Part shown: positions 30,289-38,723 of the stretch, piece after piece
How the letters are laid out: every line of letters starts with the position of its first letter
How positions within the stretch are numbered: position 1 is the stretch's first letter
Sequence record: PX596819.2
Reading direction: 5' to 3' (one strand)
DNA from: a phage
DNA: 40,621 nucleotides
Notes under the pieces: model-generated
The model's input: only the letters and a program-made list of their open reading frames with translations
Told to the model about the DNA's origin: nothing
Databases searched by the model: none
Made by a program: the position numbers and the translations under genes

Positions 30289-30737
30289 TTAACTCCTTTC
30301 TTCTTGGGAATGAGTATACCTGAAGGCAGATGTACAGTCGCCTCTCGGAGCCACTCAACCGGGATGAACTTATCGGCATACTTAAAGCCGTTCTTTTCGC
30401 ACCATGCGCCATACGTGGTTGGAGACCCTTTGTATAACTTGGAGCGGGAACTTGAGAACACGAACCGAATGTCTAACTCAGGGTGCTGTTCTTTAATCAA
30501 TAAGTGCTTCTTACGGTCTTCCACTGCGAAGATTCCCTTGGTCTCCACAATGATGCCATTTGGTAGCACAAAGTCTGGACAATAGGTATGAAGGGATTGA
30601 GGGATTGTGTACGCTATTTTATACATCTCGTACTCAGCCTTAACCCCGTTCTTCTCCAGCCACTCTTGGTTTTTTGCTTCCAGTCCAGACCGATAGATTC
30701 CTACCGAGTGTCCCCTACTCATGCTACGTGTCGCCAT
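30285..30737 (-). CDS. gp3: Endonuclease I (Holliday junction resolvase, gp3)
   Basis: 150 aa; HTYCPDFVLPNGIIVETKG, DRKKHLLIKEQHPELDIRFVFSSSRSKLYKGSPTTYG resemble T7 gp3. Confidence 0.93.
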   Translation of the reverse strand: MATRSMSRGHSVGIYRSGLEAKNQEWLEKNGVKAEYEMYKIAYTIPQSLHTYCPDFVLPNGIIVETKGIFAVEDRKKHLLIKEQHPELDIRFVFSSSRSKLYKGSPTTYGAWCEKNGFKYADKFIPVEWLREATVHLPSGILIPKKKGVK

Positions 30738-31168
30738 GTTTCTCTCCTTAGTATCTTACCTATTGTTGGCTGAGACACTCCGTAGATTGTAGCGAGTTGT
30801 CGCTGAGTAAGGCTCGAAGACCTAATTTCCTTGACTTTAGTGTCAGTAAGTTTGGACATACCGCACTTCTCTCCCGGAACATGAGGAGGGTTTACACCGC
30901 GCCCCTTGTTACGCATGTCCTGAAGGTTATCCAATTGGGTCCCTACAGTAAGATGCTCAGGGTTACAACACAGCGGAGTATCACAGGTGTGTAACAGAAC
31001 GCCATTAGGTTCTTCACCTGTAATCAGCTCGTAGGCTACGCGATGTGCAAGCATGGTTTTTCCATTGTGCCTAATCTGACCGTAGCCTTTGTTGTTAACG
31101 CAGCCAGTGAAAAGCCAGCAGCTACCTGAAACCACAAGTCGCTGCTTAAGGCTTTCTACTGTAGCCAT
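30719..31168 (-). CDS. HNH endonuclease with C-terminal HTH (free-standing)
   Basis: CWLFTG..NKGYGQI..AHRVAYELITGEEPNGVLLHTCDTPLCCNPEHL; C-terminal LTQRQLATIYGVSQPTIGKI helix-turn-helix. Confidence 0.8.
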   Translation of the reverse strand: MATVESLKQRLVVSGSCWLFTGCVNNKGYGQIRHNGKTMLAHRVAYELITGEEPNGVLLHTCDTPLCCNPEHLTVGTQLDNLQDMRNKGRGVNPPHVPGEKCGMSKLTDTKVKEIRSSSLTQRQLATIYGVSQPTIGKILRRETWRHVA

Positions 31169-31866
31169 TAGAAGTCGTAATCGCCACCAGAGCTGGAGTC
31201 GTCACCACCTTCGGAACCATCGTCACCGAAGTCATCGTCACCGAAGTCACCATCGGTTGACGCTTTGTAACCAGTGCCTAGGTCTTCATCATCACCCCAT
31301 CCACCATCGCCACCAGCACCATCACCTTTCCATTCCTTCAGTTCTACCAGAAGGCAGGACTCAAGCTGGAGCTTAACGCTTGCACCAGTCGCAGCATTCC
31401 ACTTGAACGGCAGGACTTTAAACTTGACCTTCAGCTTAGACCCAGCACCAATATTCGGGACGTCACGGATGAGTTTAGCATCGGTGTCGTAGAACCGTAA
31501 TACGATAGGCTCGGACTTGCCGTCTTTCAGGTAAGACGCAAAGCATTTAAACTTCATGGTAACAGTACCGTCACCATTCTCAATCCACGGCATGTCGCCT
31601 TCTCGTGGTTCAATAGGCTTCTTGCCACGCTGAACCTGAGGTGGGTTCTTCTCGTGGTCTGCGAGTGCTTTCGCATACGCATCGTCGTGAATCTTCTGTA
31701 AGACATCAATCATCTTACGGACCTTCGGGTTGCTCAGGTCGAATGTCAGGTTAACCTTATGCTCACCACGCTCGTTAAACTTGGTGTCTGCTTTGTTCAG
31801 CCATGCGTAAGGCTCAACGATACCAGCTACCGGAGTGGTGAAAGTCTTCAGTTGCTCTTTAGCCAT
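31168..31866 (-). CDS. gp2.5: Single-stranded DNA-binding protein (gp2.5)
   Basis: 232 aa, the same length as T7 gp2.5; acidic C-terminal tail ending in F (..GGDYDF). Confidence 0.93.
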   Translation of the reverse strand: MAKEQLKTFTTPVAGIVEPYAWLNKADTKFNERGEHKVNLTFDLSNPKVRKMIDVLQKIHDDAYAKALADHEKNPPQVQRGKKPIEPREGDMPWIENGDGTVTMKFKCFASYLKDGKSEPIVLRFYDTDAKLIRDVPNIGAGSKLKVKFKVLPFKWNAATGASVKLQLESCLLVELKEWKGDGAGGDGGWGDDEDLGTGYKASTDGDFGDDDFGDDGSEGGDDSSSGGDYDF

Positions 31867-31906
31867 TGGTGTAAATCTCCTAATTTAAAAGTTACGAACT
31901 GGACGT

Positions 31907-31929
31907 CTGTCCTACAGTGATAGTTTAGG
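31907..31929 (-). promoter_or_regulatory. Phage RNAP promoter variant (phi2.5-like) with CACTGTAGG
   Basis: Minus strand CCTAAACTATCACTGTAGGACAGACG upstream of gene 2.5. Confidence 0.5.
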
Positions 31930-32161
31930 TCTCAGGACGAATCCGTCCGACCACAAACCCAGCGTCCTCATACTCTTGGGACTTCAGGGTAGCCTCTTCA
32001 AGAGACTTTGCGTACACCGGAACCTCGAATGACTGAACGCGACCCTCAAGCTCAACGATGTATTTCTTTTCTACGTCAGTCATAGACCGCGCTCCTTCCA
32101 TTGGTTGTATAACGTAATGTAGTCCGGGTTGAGAGTCTTCTCGTACATCTCCCGGCACCAC
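31925..32161 (-). CDS. gp2: Host RNA polymerase inhibitor (Gp2-like)
   Basis: C-terminal part [14 protein letters not shown]...[13 protein letters not shown] resembles T7 Gp2 (SFEVPIYAETLDEA...AGFEVTRVRP); the true start is probably an internal Met. Confidence 0.6.
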   Translation of the reverse strand: MVPGDVREDSQPGLHYVIQPMEGARSMTDVEKKYIVELEGRVQSFEVPVYAKSLEEATLKSQEYEDAGFVVGRIRPET

Positions 32162-32170
32162 TCACTCGGT

Positions 32171-32434
32171 TTAAGCATATCGGTTCACCATTACACAGTC
32201 GTCAGAATGGTCATACTCCTCTACCCTAATAATCATACTAGGAGTCTTCATATAAGCAAACGGTAGGAGGTCATAGTCATAATACTCACTGTGTCCTAAT
32301 GAGAACGCTAACATACCCTTACGCAGCGCCTTGTATGATCGGTAAAAACTGAGCGCTCTACGCTTCACCCCTACAGCTTTAAGTTCTTCATGCGTCATAA
32401 CACTTGTCCTTATGTTTCTCGTAAAGTTCACCAT
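32171..32434 (-). CDS. Hypothetical protein (gene 1.8 position)
   Basis: 87 aa ORF between the 1.7-like gene and gene 2; synteny only. Confidence 0.4.
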   Translation of the reverse strand: MVNFTRNIRTSVMTHEELKAVGVKRRALSFYRSYKALRKGMLAFSLGHSEYYDYDLLPFAYMKTPSMIIRVEEYDHSDDCVMVNRYA

Positions 32435-32714
32435 AGAACTCAGCTTTCGCCATGTCCTTCTCCATAGTAGCTAGCTCTGACTTCTTGCCAGCCCGGAGTC
32501 GATACTTCAGGACGTTCCCCATGCAGAACCCACGAAACTCGCTGACAGTCATAGACCGAGCGATAATCTCAATGGACTCAACACCATCAAAGACCTGATA
32601 GTGGGACGGCTTGCGTACACCGTCATCAGCTACAGCAACTGGATGAGGTGTTGAGACGCCGCATCGATAGGCATCATAACGTTCATAGCACGTCTTGCTT
32701 TCGTAGTGTGACAT
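32388..32714 (-). CDS. gp1.7-like protein (DUF3310-type; putative nucleotide kinase)
   Basis: 108 aa with a GNVLKYRLRAGKK segment that I associate with the DUF3310 / T7 gp1.7 family; position between 1.6 and 2. Family assignment is uncertain. Confidence 0.35.
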   Translation of the reverse strand: MSHYESKTCYERYDAYRCGVSTPHPVAVADDGVRKPSHYQVFDGVESIEIIARSMTVSEFRGFCMGNVLKYRLRAGKKSELATMEKDMAKAEFYGELYEKHKDKCYDA

Positions 32715-32968
32715 TAGAATACCTCCTTCACGAACTCAACGAACAGGCGAACGCGAGGCCACTTAGTGTAGACCACAGGTACGTTGGTCTCACGCTTCTG
32801 GCGAGCCTCTTCGGCTTTGCTCGGAGTAATCAGAGCGAATACTGTAGGTGATAACTTAATGGCCTTCCCGAAGTAGCCCAGCTTCTCGTTGCGCTTAATG
32901 CAAGCGAACGGGTTGTTGGAAAGGTGGAAGGTACTGGAATAACGGTTGAACATTAAGTTCTTAGACAT
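32714..32968 (-). CDS. Hypothetical protein (gene 1.6 position)
   Basis: 84 aa, directly downstream of a phage promoter. Confidence 0.45.
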   Translation of the reverse strand: MSKNLMFNRYSSTFHLSNNPFACIKRNEKLGYFGKAIKLSPTVFALITPSKAEEARQKRETNVPVVYTKWPRVRLFVEFVKEVF

Positions 32969-32992
32969 AGCGTCTCCTTAGGTTGTTGGTTG

Positions 32993-33015
32993 TAGTCCTA
33001 TAGTGATAGCTTAGG
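32993..33015 (-). promoter_or_regulatory. Phage RNAP promoter (phi1.6-like)
   Basis: Minus strand CCCTAAGCTATCACTATAGGACTACAACC; G at -12. Confidence 0.55.
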
Positions 33016-33033
33016 GTCTATATGGTGGCCCAG

Positions 33034-33070
33034 ACGCAAAGAAACCCAGCAGTCAGAAGACCACTGGGTT
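33034..33070 (-). terminator. Intrinsic terminator, candidate early terminator (TE-like) for host RNAP
   Basis: Minus strand ACCCAGUGGUC-UUCU-GACUGCUGGGU stem-loop followed by UUCUUUG; lies after the ligase/HNH block and just before the phi1.6 promoter. Confidence 0.5.
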
Positions 33071-33074
33071 GACG

Positions 33075-33536
33075 TTATAATGAATCCCTTAAGGCTACTG
33101 CCTCGGCTATGGTATCGAACGTACCGTATGACTTACGCTTTATCCGCAGTTGCCAGCGACCAGTTGATTTCTGGTATTGAACGTATTTCTCTCCAGATTG
33201 GCAGTGACTACGGGTTGGAACGTTAGTTAGGTTCACCGCCTGAGTCACACACCTGAGGTTCTCAATCCTGTTATCCGAAGGGTCCCGGTTGATATGGTCA
33301 ATCACCATCCCTTCTGGTATAGGACCGTGGGTTAGTTCCCAGACTACTCGGTGGGCCAGCAGTTGGCCCTTTGTCGTACTTAGAATCCAGTACCCATCCT
33401 TTCGTCTATAACCAAGATGTCTACCGTTTAGGTTTGAGACTCCAGAGGGAGCCGCCCTGTCTGCTTTAAATCTTGACCGTAGGGTCGTCCTCAGTTCCAC
33501 GCCACTGGTCGAACGAGGGATGCCGTAGTAAGCCAC
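33075..33536 (-). CDS. HNH endonuclease with AP2-like C-terminal domain (free-standing)
   Basis: AHRVVWELTHGPIPEGMVIDHINRDPSDNRIENLRCVT; C-terminus GRWQLRIKRKSYGTFDTIAEA. The start overlaps the ligase 3' end by about 70 nt, so the true start may be downstream. Confidence 0.75.
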   Translation of the reverse strand: MAYYGIPRSTSGVELRTTLRSRFKADRAAPSGVSNLNGRHLGYRRKDGYWILSTTKGQLLAHRVVWELTHGPIPEGMVIDHINRDPSDNRIENLRCVTQAVNLTNVPTRSHCQSGEKYVQYQKSTGRWQLRIKRKSYGTFDTIAEAVALRDSL

Positions 33537-34515
33537 TTGGTGTCTCCTCCATGTAGGTAATCTGGCAGGCCCAGCCTTTATAATAATCAGGGTCTGACTT
33601 TACGTTCTCTGTGAACTCGGACATTAGGGCGCGACTAATATTAGTTGCGGAGACCTCCATCCCGTTCTCAAGCATAACGTCAAAGCCTATTACCAGTCCT
33701 TCGTTGGTAAGACCTTCTGTTCCCCATATAGGCCGTACAACGTGACCGTCTGCCTCTTCGCTTGGTTTCATCTTGAACATACCTGACTTCTTTCCACGCT
33801 TCCAGCGTCCCAGTGGGTCTTTAACCACCAGACCCTCATGGCCCTCTTCTCTCTTCTTCTCATACAAGTCAGTAAGCTCGTCTAAGCTAAACACTGTATG
33901 ACTCTCAGATAATACCCAGTCGATTTCCGGGAAGTATTTCTGGAGGAGAGGGACGATAGCTTCGGCCTTCAGGCGCGTGACGCTATGGATAGGACCTTCA
34001 GCTTTCTGGTCGAGGATGACGTTGAGGTCTATGATACCGTAGACGATTACCTTGATATGTTCCGGCTTAAGGTTGAACAGCTCCTTGCGGGACTTGCGGT
34101 CTGTTGGCGTCCCACCCACTGCGAACTCGTGGTTCTTGTGGTCTCGGTACTTCGTGCGGATAAGACCTGAGGATGTGTTGAAGTCTACACCCTTGACCAT
34201 CACCTCGCCATCAATCATCAGGCCAGAGACCTCGTGTCCTGCTTGCTTCAGGAACCAGCGCCAGTCATCTGCTCGTGTTACTACACCTTCGTGCTGACGT
34301 GAGGCTGGGTTGCTTAAGTGACTCAATGCTGGAAGCTCTTTAGACTCACGGCTCAACCATTGAGTCTCACCAGTAGGGAAGACCGGAATATTCAACCGGA
34401 CACCATCGTACTTCACTTCAGCTTCCAGCGACCCAGCAGCTTCCAAAGCCTTCTTAACGCCAGACTCAGAGTAATCTACAGCGCGGTGCGGGTTAGTTTT
34501 GATAGTCGTTGTCAT
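33466..34515 (-). CDS. gp1.3: ATP-dependent DNA ligase (gp1.3)
   Basis: 349 aa; IKTNP start, adenylation motif VKYDGVR, GHEGLVVKDP, GWACQITYMEETP, all resembling T7 ligase. Confidence 0.93.
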   Translation of the reverse strand: MTTTIKTNPHRAVDYSESGVKKALEAAGSLEAEVKYDGVRLNIPVFPTGETQWLSRESKELPALSHLSNPASRQHEGVVTRADDWRWFLKQAGHEVSGLMIDGEVMVKGVDFNTSSGLIRTKYRDHKNHEFAVGGTPTDRKSRKELFNLKPEHIKVIVYGIIDLNVILDQKAEGPIHSVTRLKAEAIVPLLQKYFPEIDWVLSESHTVFSLDELTDLYEKKREEGHEGLVVKDPLGRWKRGKKSGMFKMKPSEEADGHVVRPIWGTEGLTNEGLVIGFDVMLENGMEVSATNISRALMSEFTENVKSDPDYYKGWACQITYMEETPSGLLRHPSFDQWRGTEDDPTVKI

Positions 34516-34777
34516 TATGATTTCTCCATGTGTCTAGTTGGTCAGCGAGACCGTTAAGGAAGTCGGTTGCAGTGTTGTACAGTACGTCTTCATCGTGGTG
34601 TGCGAATGTCTCAAGCGCGAAGATGTTACCAGCTCGGTCCTCAACCCTGAGTTTCATGCACTCTTGTCGAGACGCAGGGTCTTGAAACTCCTGAGAAATG
34701 ACAGCTAAGTCTAACTGATAGAGCCTGTTACACGCTGCTTTGAGAGCGTTGAGGTTGCCACTATAAAGTCGGCCCAT
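34493..34777 (-). CDS. gp1.2: gp1.2-like protein (dGTPase inhibitor homolog)
   Basis: Starts MGRLYSGNLNALKAACNRLYQLDLAVI and contains HHDEDVLYN, closely resembling T7 gp1.2. Confidence 0.75.
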   Translation of the reverse strand: MGRLYSGNLNALKAACNRLYQLDLAVISQEFQDPASRQECMKLRVEDRAGNIFALETFAHHDEDVLYNTATDFLNGLADQLDTWRNHNDNDYQN

Positions 34778-34781
34778 AGCG

Positions 34782-35009
34782 TTATGCTCCTACTAAGTAT
34801 TTTTCTCGGTTTACCAGAGAGTCTTTACCTTCAGCGTTACGGAAAGCACCCTTGACACCACCGCCGCGCTTGGTCTTGTTCAGCTTGCGGCCCTTCGGAA
34901 TGTAATATTCAGTCTTCTGACGTTCACGGATGCGCTCGAAGTTGATAGTGTTCTGATACATGTGGTTAAATCTCCAGTAGTTTACGTTAGGATTAATCAT
35001 GAAGGCCAC
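34782..35009 (-). CDS. gp1.1: gp1.1-like small basic protein
   Basis: Contains KGRKLNKTKR as in T7 gp1.1; the track ORF starts at GTG and the true start is probably an internal ATG. Confidence 0.5.
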   Translation of the reverse strand: MAFMINPNVNYWRFNHMYQNTINFERIRERQKTEYYIPKGRKLNKTKRGGGVKGAFRNAEGKDSLVNREKYLVGA

Positions 35010-35035
35010 GACTTTGAGTCATGACCTTGAGTCTA
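34998..35035 (-). other. Conserved hairpin motif (copy 3 of 3) at the 5' end of the phi1.1 transcript, candidate RNase III site (R1.1-like)
   Basis: Minus strand UAGACUCAAGGUCAUGACUCAAAGUCGUGGCCUUCAUG: 11 bp stem with two G-U pairs and a 5 nt loop, immediately downstream of the promoter. Confidence 0.45.
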
Positions 35036-35055
35036 ATCCTATAGTGATAGTTTAG
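35033..35055 (-). promoter_or_regulatory. Phage RNAP promoter (phi1.1-like)
   Basis: Minus strand CCCTAAACTATCACTATAGGATTAGACTC; first phage promoter downstream of gene 1, as in T7. Confidence 0.65.
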
Positions 35056-35131
35056 GGTTAACCTCTTCTGCGTTGGACTAAAATGAATACTGCGAGTGTT
35101 CCCAGCCACAAGGCCAGCAACTGTAGGTCTG

Positions 35132-35362
35132 TCATTTGGTTGCCTCTTCCCGTAGGGCCTTCTCGTGTGACCACTGTATTACCTGAATCAGCTCCTTCTG
35201 GCTGATACATTTGGCCTTAGCCGTTCCAGTCGGTACCATAGTCACCTTGACCAGACCTTTACCCGCCACTGTGGTTACGGTAACTACCTTGTTGCCACCA
35301 GATACGTTTGATACACGGTGTGCGAATTGCATGTTGTCTCTCCTGTTGTTAAGCGAATGCAA
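35132..35362 (-). CDS. Hypothetical small protein between gene 1 and the phi1.1 promoter (gene 1.05-like position)
   Basis: 76 aa ORF with TTG start overlapping the RNAP stop by 14 nt; an internal ATG (MQFAHRV..) is also possible. Weak. Confidence 0.3.
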   Translation of the reverse strand: MHSLNNRRDNMQFAHRVSNVSGGNKVVTVTTVAGKGLVKVTMVPTGTAKAKCISQKELIQVIQWSHEKALREEATK

Positions 35363-38030
35363 AGTCTGAAGACAAGATGTCTTCGATATTCAGTTTACCT
35401 TTCTTCGGAAGCTCAGGCAACTTGTCGCGCTGGCTCTCGTGAAGCTGGTACTCGAACTGCTCGTAGAAGTCGAGCAGCACATCGTTGTCGCGGTAGGTCT
35501 CGACCATCGTCTCACGGACACCACGGAACAGATACTCAGCATCAGCAGGAATGGTCCCGAAGCTATCGTGAATAACTGCGAATGACATCACACCATACTT
35601 GCGGTGAGTGTGGACTACAGTCTTGCGGAGGTGGCTGCCATCTTGTGAGTGAACGAAGTTCGGGCTAATGCCTGACTCCTGCTTGTGCTTGTCCAGCTCT
35701 TTCTTCGTGCCTTTATTGACTGTAGGTTGAAGGTTAAATGACCCTAAGAACATCAGGTTCAGACGCGTGGTATCCTTCTTGCGGTATTCCTGCCAGACCG
35801 GGAAACCATCAGGTGTTACCCAGTGTACCGGAAGGCAAGGCTTCAGGATTTCACCAGTTTTCTTGTCCTTCACCTCAGCAGCCAGCAGCTTGGCAGCACC
35901 TTGAAGCCACTTCATCGCGTCTACCGCAGCAACCACGGTCACACTCACAGCCTCCCAGATCATCTTAGCCATGAAGCGAGACGCTTGTCTTGGTTCAGTG
36001 AACATAGCGCCAGACCCTGAGTCAATCGCGGGCATCACGATGTCCTCGTACACTTGGTCTGCGAAGCCATACTCTTTCGACCCGTAGGCCAGAGTCATGA
36101 CCGAACGCTTAGTGACCTTGCGTGACATGCCGTAGGTCAGCCACTGACGGGCCAGCTCTCGTGTCCCCAGCTTGAGACGTTCGGTAATCTCACCAGTTTT
36201 CTTGTCCTCGTGAGTCACCATCTCGTTGTCCGTACCGTTAACCAGCAGGACTTTAAGCTCCTCCTCAATGCGGTCAGACACAATGCGGTAGATGTCTTGG
36301 ACCTTACCGGATGGAGTTAGGTTTACTGCATGTCCACCGATGTGGTCACGAAGCATCGCGCTGAAGTGCTGAATACCAGAGCAGGACCCGTCGAACGCTA
36401 TTGGCAGCGAACATGAGTAAGACAGTCCGTGGTGCATTACGCCAGCATACTCGAAGCAGAACGCTAGGAAGCAGAACGGAGAGTCTAACTTGCCCCACCA
36501 CTCAATGCTATCCATCGGTGCTTTGGCAGCAGCCATGATGTTGTCGTGGTTGTCTTCCACCCACTTGATGCGCTCCTCGAAGGTGACTTTATCGACACCC
36601 GCACAGTTTGCACCGTGGACCTTCAGCCATTTGAAACCATCAGCACCAATAGGCTTACCGACTGCCAGAGTCAGTAGACCCTTCTGCATGTCGTTACCCT
36701 GAGGGTTGAACATCGGCACAGCGTAGACGCGACCGCGCCAGTCCATGTTGTACGGGAACCAGATGGCCTTGAACTGAGAGAACTTGTTCGCTTGGTTGAC
36801 GATAAAGCTCAATGATAATCTGCGTGACTGTCTGGCCTTCTCGCGGCGATAGATGCCAGCAGCAGCCTTCTTCCACGCCTTGAGGTCCTCTTCAGTCTCT
36901 CCCACATAGTCTTCAGGCTTCAGTGGTTCCATCTGAGGGATGTCGTCAATAGGCGTGTTGTTCAGCTTCTCGACCATGTTCACTACGTCCAGCACCTTCT
37001 TGTTCACTTTCCAAGGTGTATTCTGGATGATGTTCACAGCGTCATAGACTTCAGGCATGTACACGTCTTCGTAACGTGCTACCGCAGACTTAGACCCTAA
37101 GCGAATCAATGGTAACGGTCTGCGACCTTTGGCCCAGTAACCACCGCCTACGACACCCGTCCACGGCTTAGGTGGAACGACGCACGGTTGGTAGACTGGC
37201 GCGATACCTGCAAGGCTGAAGCCACGTTGCGCCATCTTCTTGACCCAGAAGTCTGACAGGTGGACCATCTCAACATCAGCCGCTGCATTGCCAGCACCAT
37301 AACGCTTAAGCTCGACCAGTTGTGTAGACTGTATGACAATCTCAAGCATCTTGATGCCGACGTGTACCGCTTCTGTAGGACTCCAAGTACCCCACGCATC
37401 TTCCAGTTGGCCTTGCTCCAGCATGGAGGTCTCAACCGCTTGCATGTAGGCTTTCTTGTAGGATACCCCTGCTCGCTTGTTCAGGTTCTCAGCAATCGCC
37501 TTCTTGAAGTGCTCCTGCTCCTTATCACGGATGCGGCCGAAGCGGATTTCATCTTCCAGTGTGCGACCTATCGCGGATGCCATAGGAGTTATCGGAATGC
37601 CTTCAGGCTTGACCAGCTTGCTGAGGATGACTTTCAGTATGATGATCGCAGCAGACTCCGCAGAGATTAGCAGAGAGCGGTCTTTTACAGCCTTCTCGTC
37701 AGTGCTCAGCATGGTAAACGCTACGCTTGGACGCGAGGTCGATGACTTACCGTCCGGGCCTTCATGCCACTCACGGAAAGCCTTAGCGATGGTCGGAACC
37801 AGCGTTTGCATCAAAGGTTTGGCGACCTGATTGTCTGCCAGTTCCCCTCGCTCGGTCTGGCGCTCAAGGTTCTTGATGAAACGTCGCTCGCCTTCAGTGT
37901 ATGCCTCATGCTCAAGCTGAAGCTGTTTGACTGCAAGGTCTTGCCCGTAGTGGTTGGCCAGCAGGTTAAACGGCTCAATGGCGTTCGACACATCAGAGAA
38001 GTCGTGTTTGTCAATAGAGATGACGCTCAT
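35349..38030 (-). CDS. gp1: Single-subunit DNA-directed RNA polymerase (T7 gp1-like)
   Basis: 893 aa vs 883 in T7; ends ..DFAFA like T7 RNAP; AAGGA 8 nt upstream of the ATG. Confidence 0.97.
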   Translation of the reverse strand: MSVISIDKHDFSDVSNAIEPFNLLANHYGQDLAVKQLQLEHEAYTEGERRFIKNLERQTERGELADNQVAKPLMQTLVPTIAKAFREWHEGPDGKSSTSRPSVAFTMLSTDEKAVKDRSLLISAESAAIIILKVILSKLVKPEGIPITPMASAIGRTLEDEIRFGRIRDKEQEHFKKAIAENLNKRAGVSYKKAYMQAVETSMLEQGQLEDAWGTWSPTEAVHVGIKMLEIVIQSTQLVELKRYGAGNAAADVEMVHLSDFWVKKMAQRGFSLAGIAPVYQPCVVPPKPWTGVVGGGYWAKGRRPLPLIRLGSKSAVARYEDVYMPEVYDAVNIIQNTPWKVNKKVLDVVNMVEKLNNTPIDDIPQMEPLKPEDYVGETEEDLKAWKKAAAGIYRREKARQSRRLSLSFIVNQANKFSQFKAIWFPYNMDWRGRVYAVPMFNPQGNDMQKGLLTLAVGKPIGADGFKWLKVHGANCAGVDKVTFEERIKWVEDNHDNIMAAAKAPMDSIEWWGKLDSPFCFLAFCFEYAGVMHHGLSYSCSLPIAFDGSCSGIQHFSAMLRDHIGGHAVNLTPSGKVQDIYRIVSDRIEEELKVLLVNGTDNEMVTHEDKKTGEITERLKLGTRELARQWLTYGMSRKVTKRSVMTLAYGSKEYGFADQVYEDIVMPAIDSGSGAMFTEPRQASRFMAKMIWEAVSVTVVAAVDAMKWLQGAAKLLAAEVKDKKTGEILKPCLPVHWVTPDGFPVWQEYRKKDTTRLNLMFLGSFNLQPTVNKGTKKELDKHKQESGISPNFVHSQDGSHLRKTVVHTHRKYGVMSFAVIHDSFGTIPADAEYLFRGVRETMVETYRDNDVLLDFYEQFEYQLHESQRDKLPELPKKGKLNIEDILSSDFAFA

Positions 38031-38099
38031 ACTTAAAGTCCTTGTTATTAGTCTTTCACTTAAAGTCTCTTTGTTCTTTCACTTGGAGTCTTAGACCTT

Positions 38100-38122
38100 G
38101 AGTCCTATAGTGATAGTTAAGT
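38100..38122 (-). promoter_or_regulatory. Phage-RNAP-type promoter directly upstream of the RNAP gene
   Basis: Minus strand CTTAACTATCACTATAGGACTCAAGGTC, a full match to the consensus core, placed between the last early ORF and gene 1 and oriented into gene 1. Confidence 0.55.
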
Positions 38123-38127
38123 CAGAA

Positions 38128-38520
38128 TTACTTGCATATCAGCTGGTTAGCGTGGAGATGACTGAAGTCACCGTGAGTCGTGTGCTTGATGGTTGACCGT
38201 TGGTCTATCGCCTTCCAGCCTGAGACCAGAAGTTTACCATCGTCGGTGATTGGTCGTCCACCATACGCCAGACACATCTGCTCGGACTTATGGCCCTCGG
38301 CCAGGAGTCGTGCTTGCAGAACCCGGTCGCGCTCCTGCTGTTGACGTGCGGTATGTGACGAGTGGCGATGAACATAAGCGGTCTTGTTCCCTGTCTTCTC
38401 CCAGTAGTTGCGACCGCGAGGGTCCGTGCCGACGTACTTCCACTCTACGCCGTTCTTATCAGTGAATGTGTGAAGCGATGTGATTGAGTCCATTGCATGT
38501 ACCAGATTTGCCATATTCAT
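38128..38520 (-). CDS. Hypothetical early protein (130 aa), His-rich, immediately upstream of RNAP
   Basis: Start overlaps the upstream ORF stop (TAATG); no motif I recognise. Confidence 0.5.
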   Translation of the reverse strand: MNMANLVHAMDSITSLHTFTDKNGVEWKYVGTDPRGRNYWEKTGNKTAYVHRHSSHTARQQQERDRVLQARLLAEGHKSEQMCLAYGGRPITDDGKLLVSGWKAIDQRSTIKHTTHGDFSHLHANQLICK

Positions 38521-38723
38521 TACAGTTTACTCCCAAGAGTTGCTATATCCCAGACGTTCGCTAAGTTGCGCATGAATCGTCCGTTAGGTTGACGCACAGT
38601 CCAGCGACCCAGACGTACATAGTTGAATTTGTAGACTTTACGCGCTTTGTGGATGTCTTTCACCAGCACGTAGGCGATAAGTCCATAGCCTATGGCTATC
38701 AATAGTGCAAGACTCATAGTCAT
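38520..38723 (-). CDS. Small early membrane protein (67 aa, N-terminal TM then basic tail)
   Basis: MTMSLALLIAIGYGLIAYVLV then KDIHKARKVYKF..; ATG overlaps the upstream mini-ORF stop (ATGA). The track shows a 106-aa TTG-initiated extension that I consider less likely. Confidence 0.45.
   Translation of the reverse strand: MTMSLALLIAIGYGLIAYVLVKDIHKARKVYKFNYVRLGRWTVRQPNGRFMRNLANVWDIATLGSKL

Noticed and set aside
38041-38100. Duplicated AAGTGAAAGA element in the RNAP leader as an independent regulatory repeat
   Set aside because: Only two copies and AT-rich context; could be chance. Mentioned under the RNAP-upstream promoter finding instead.
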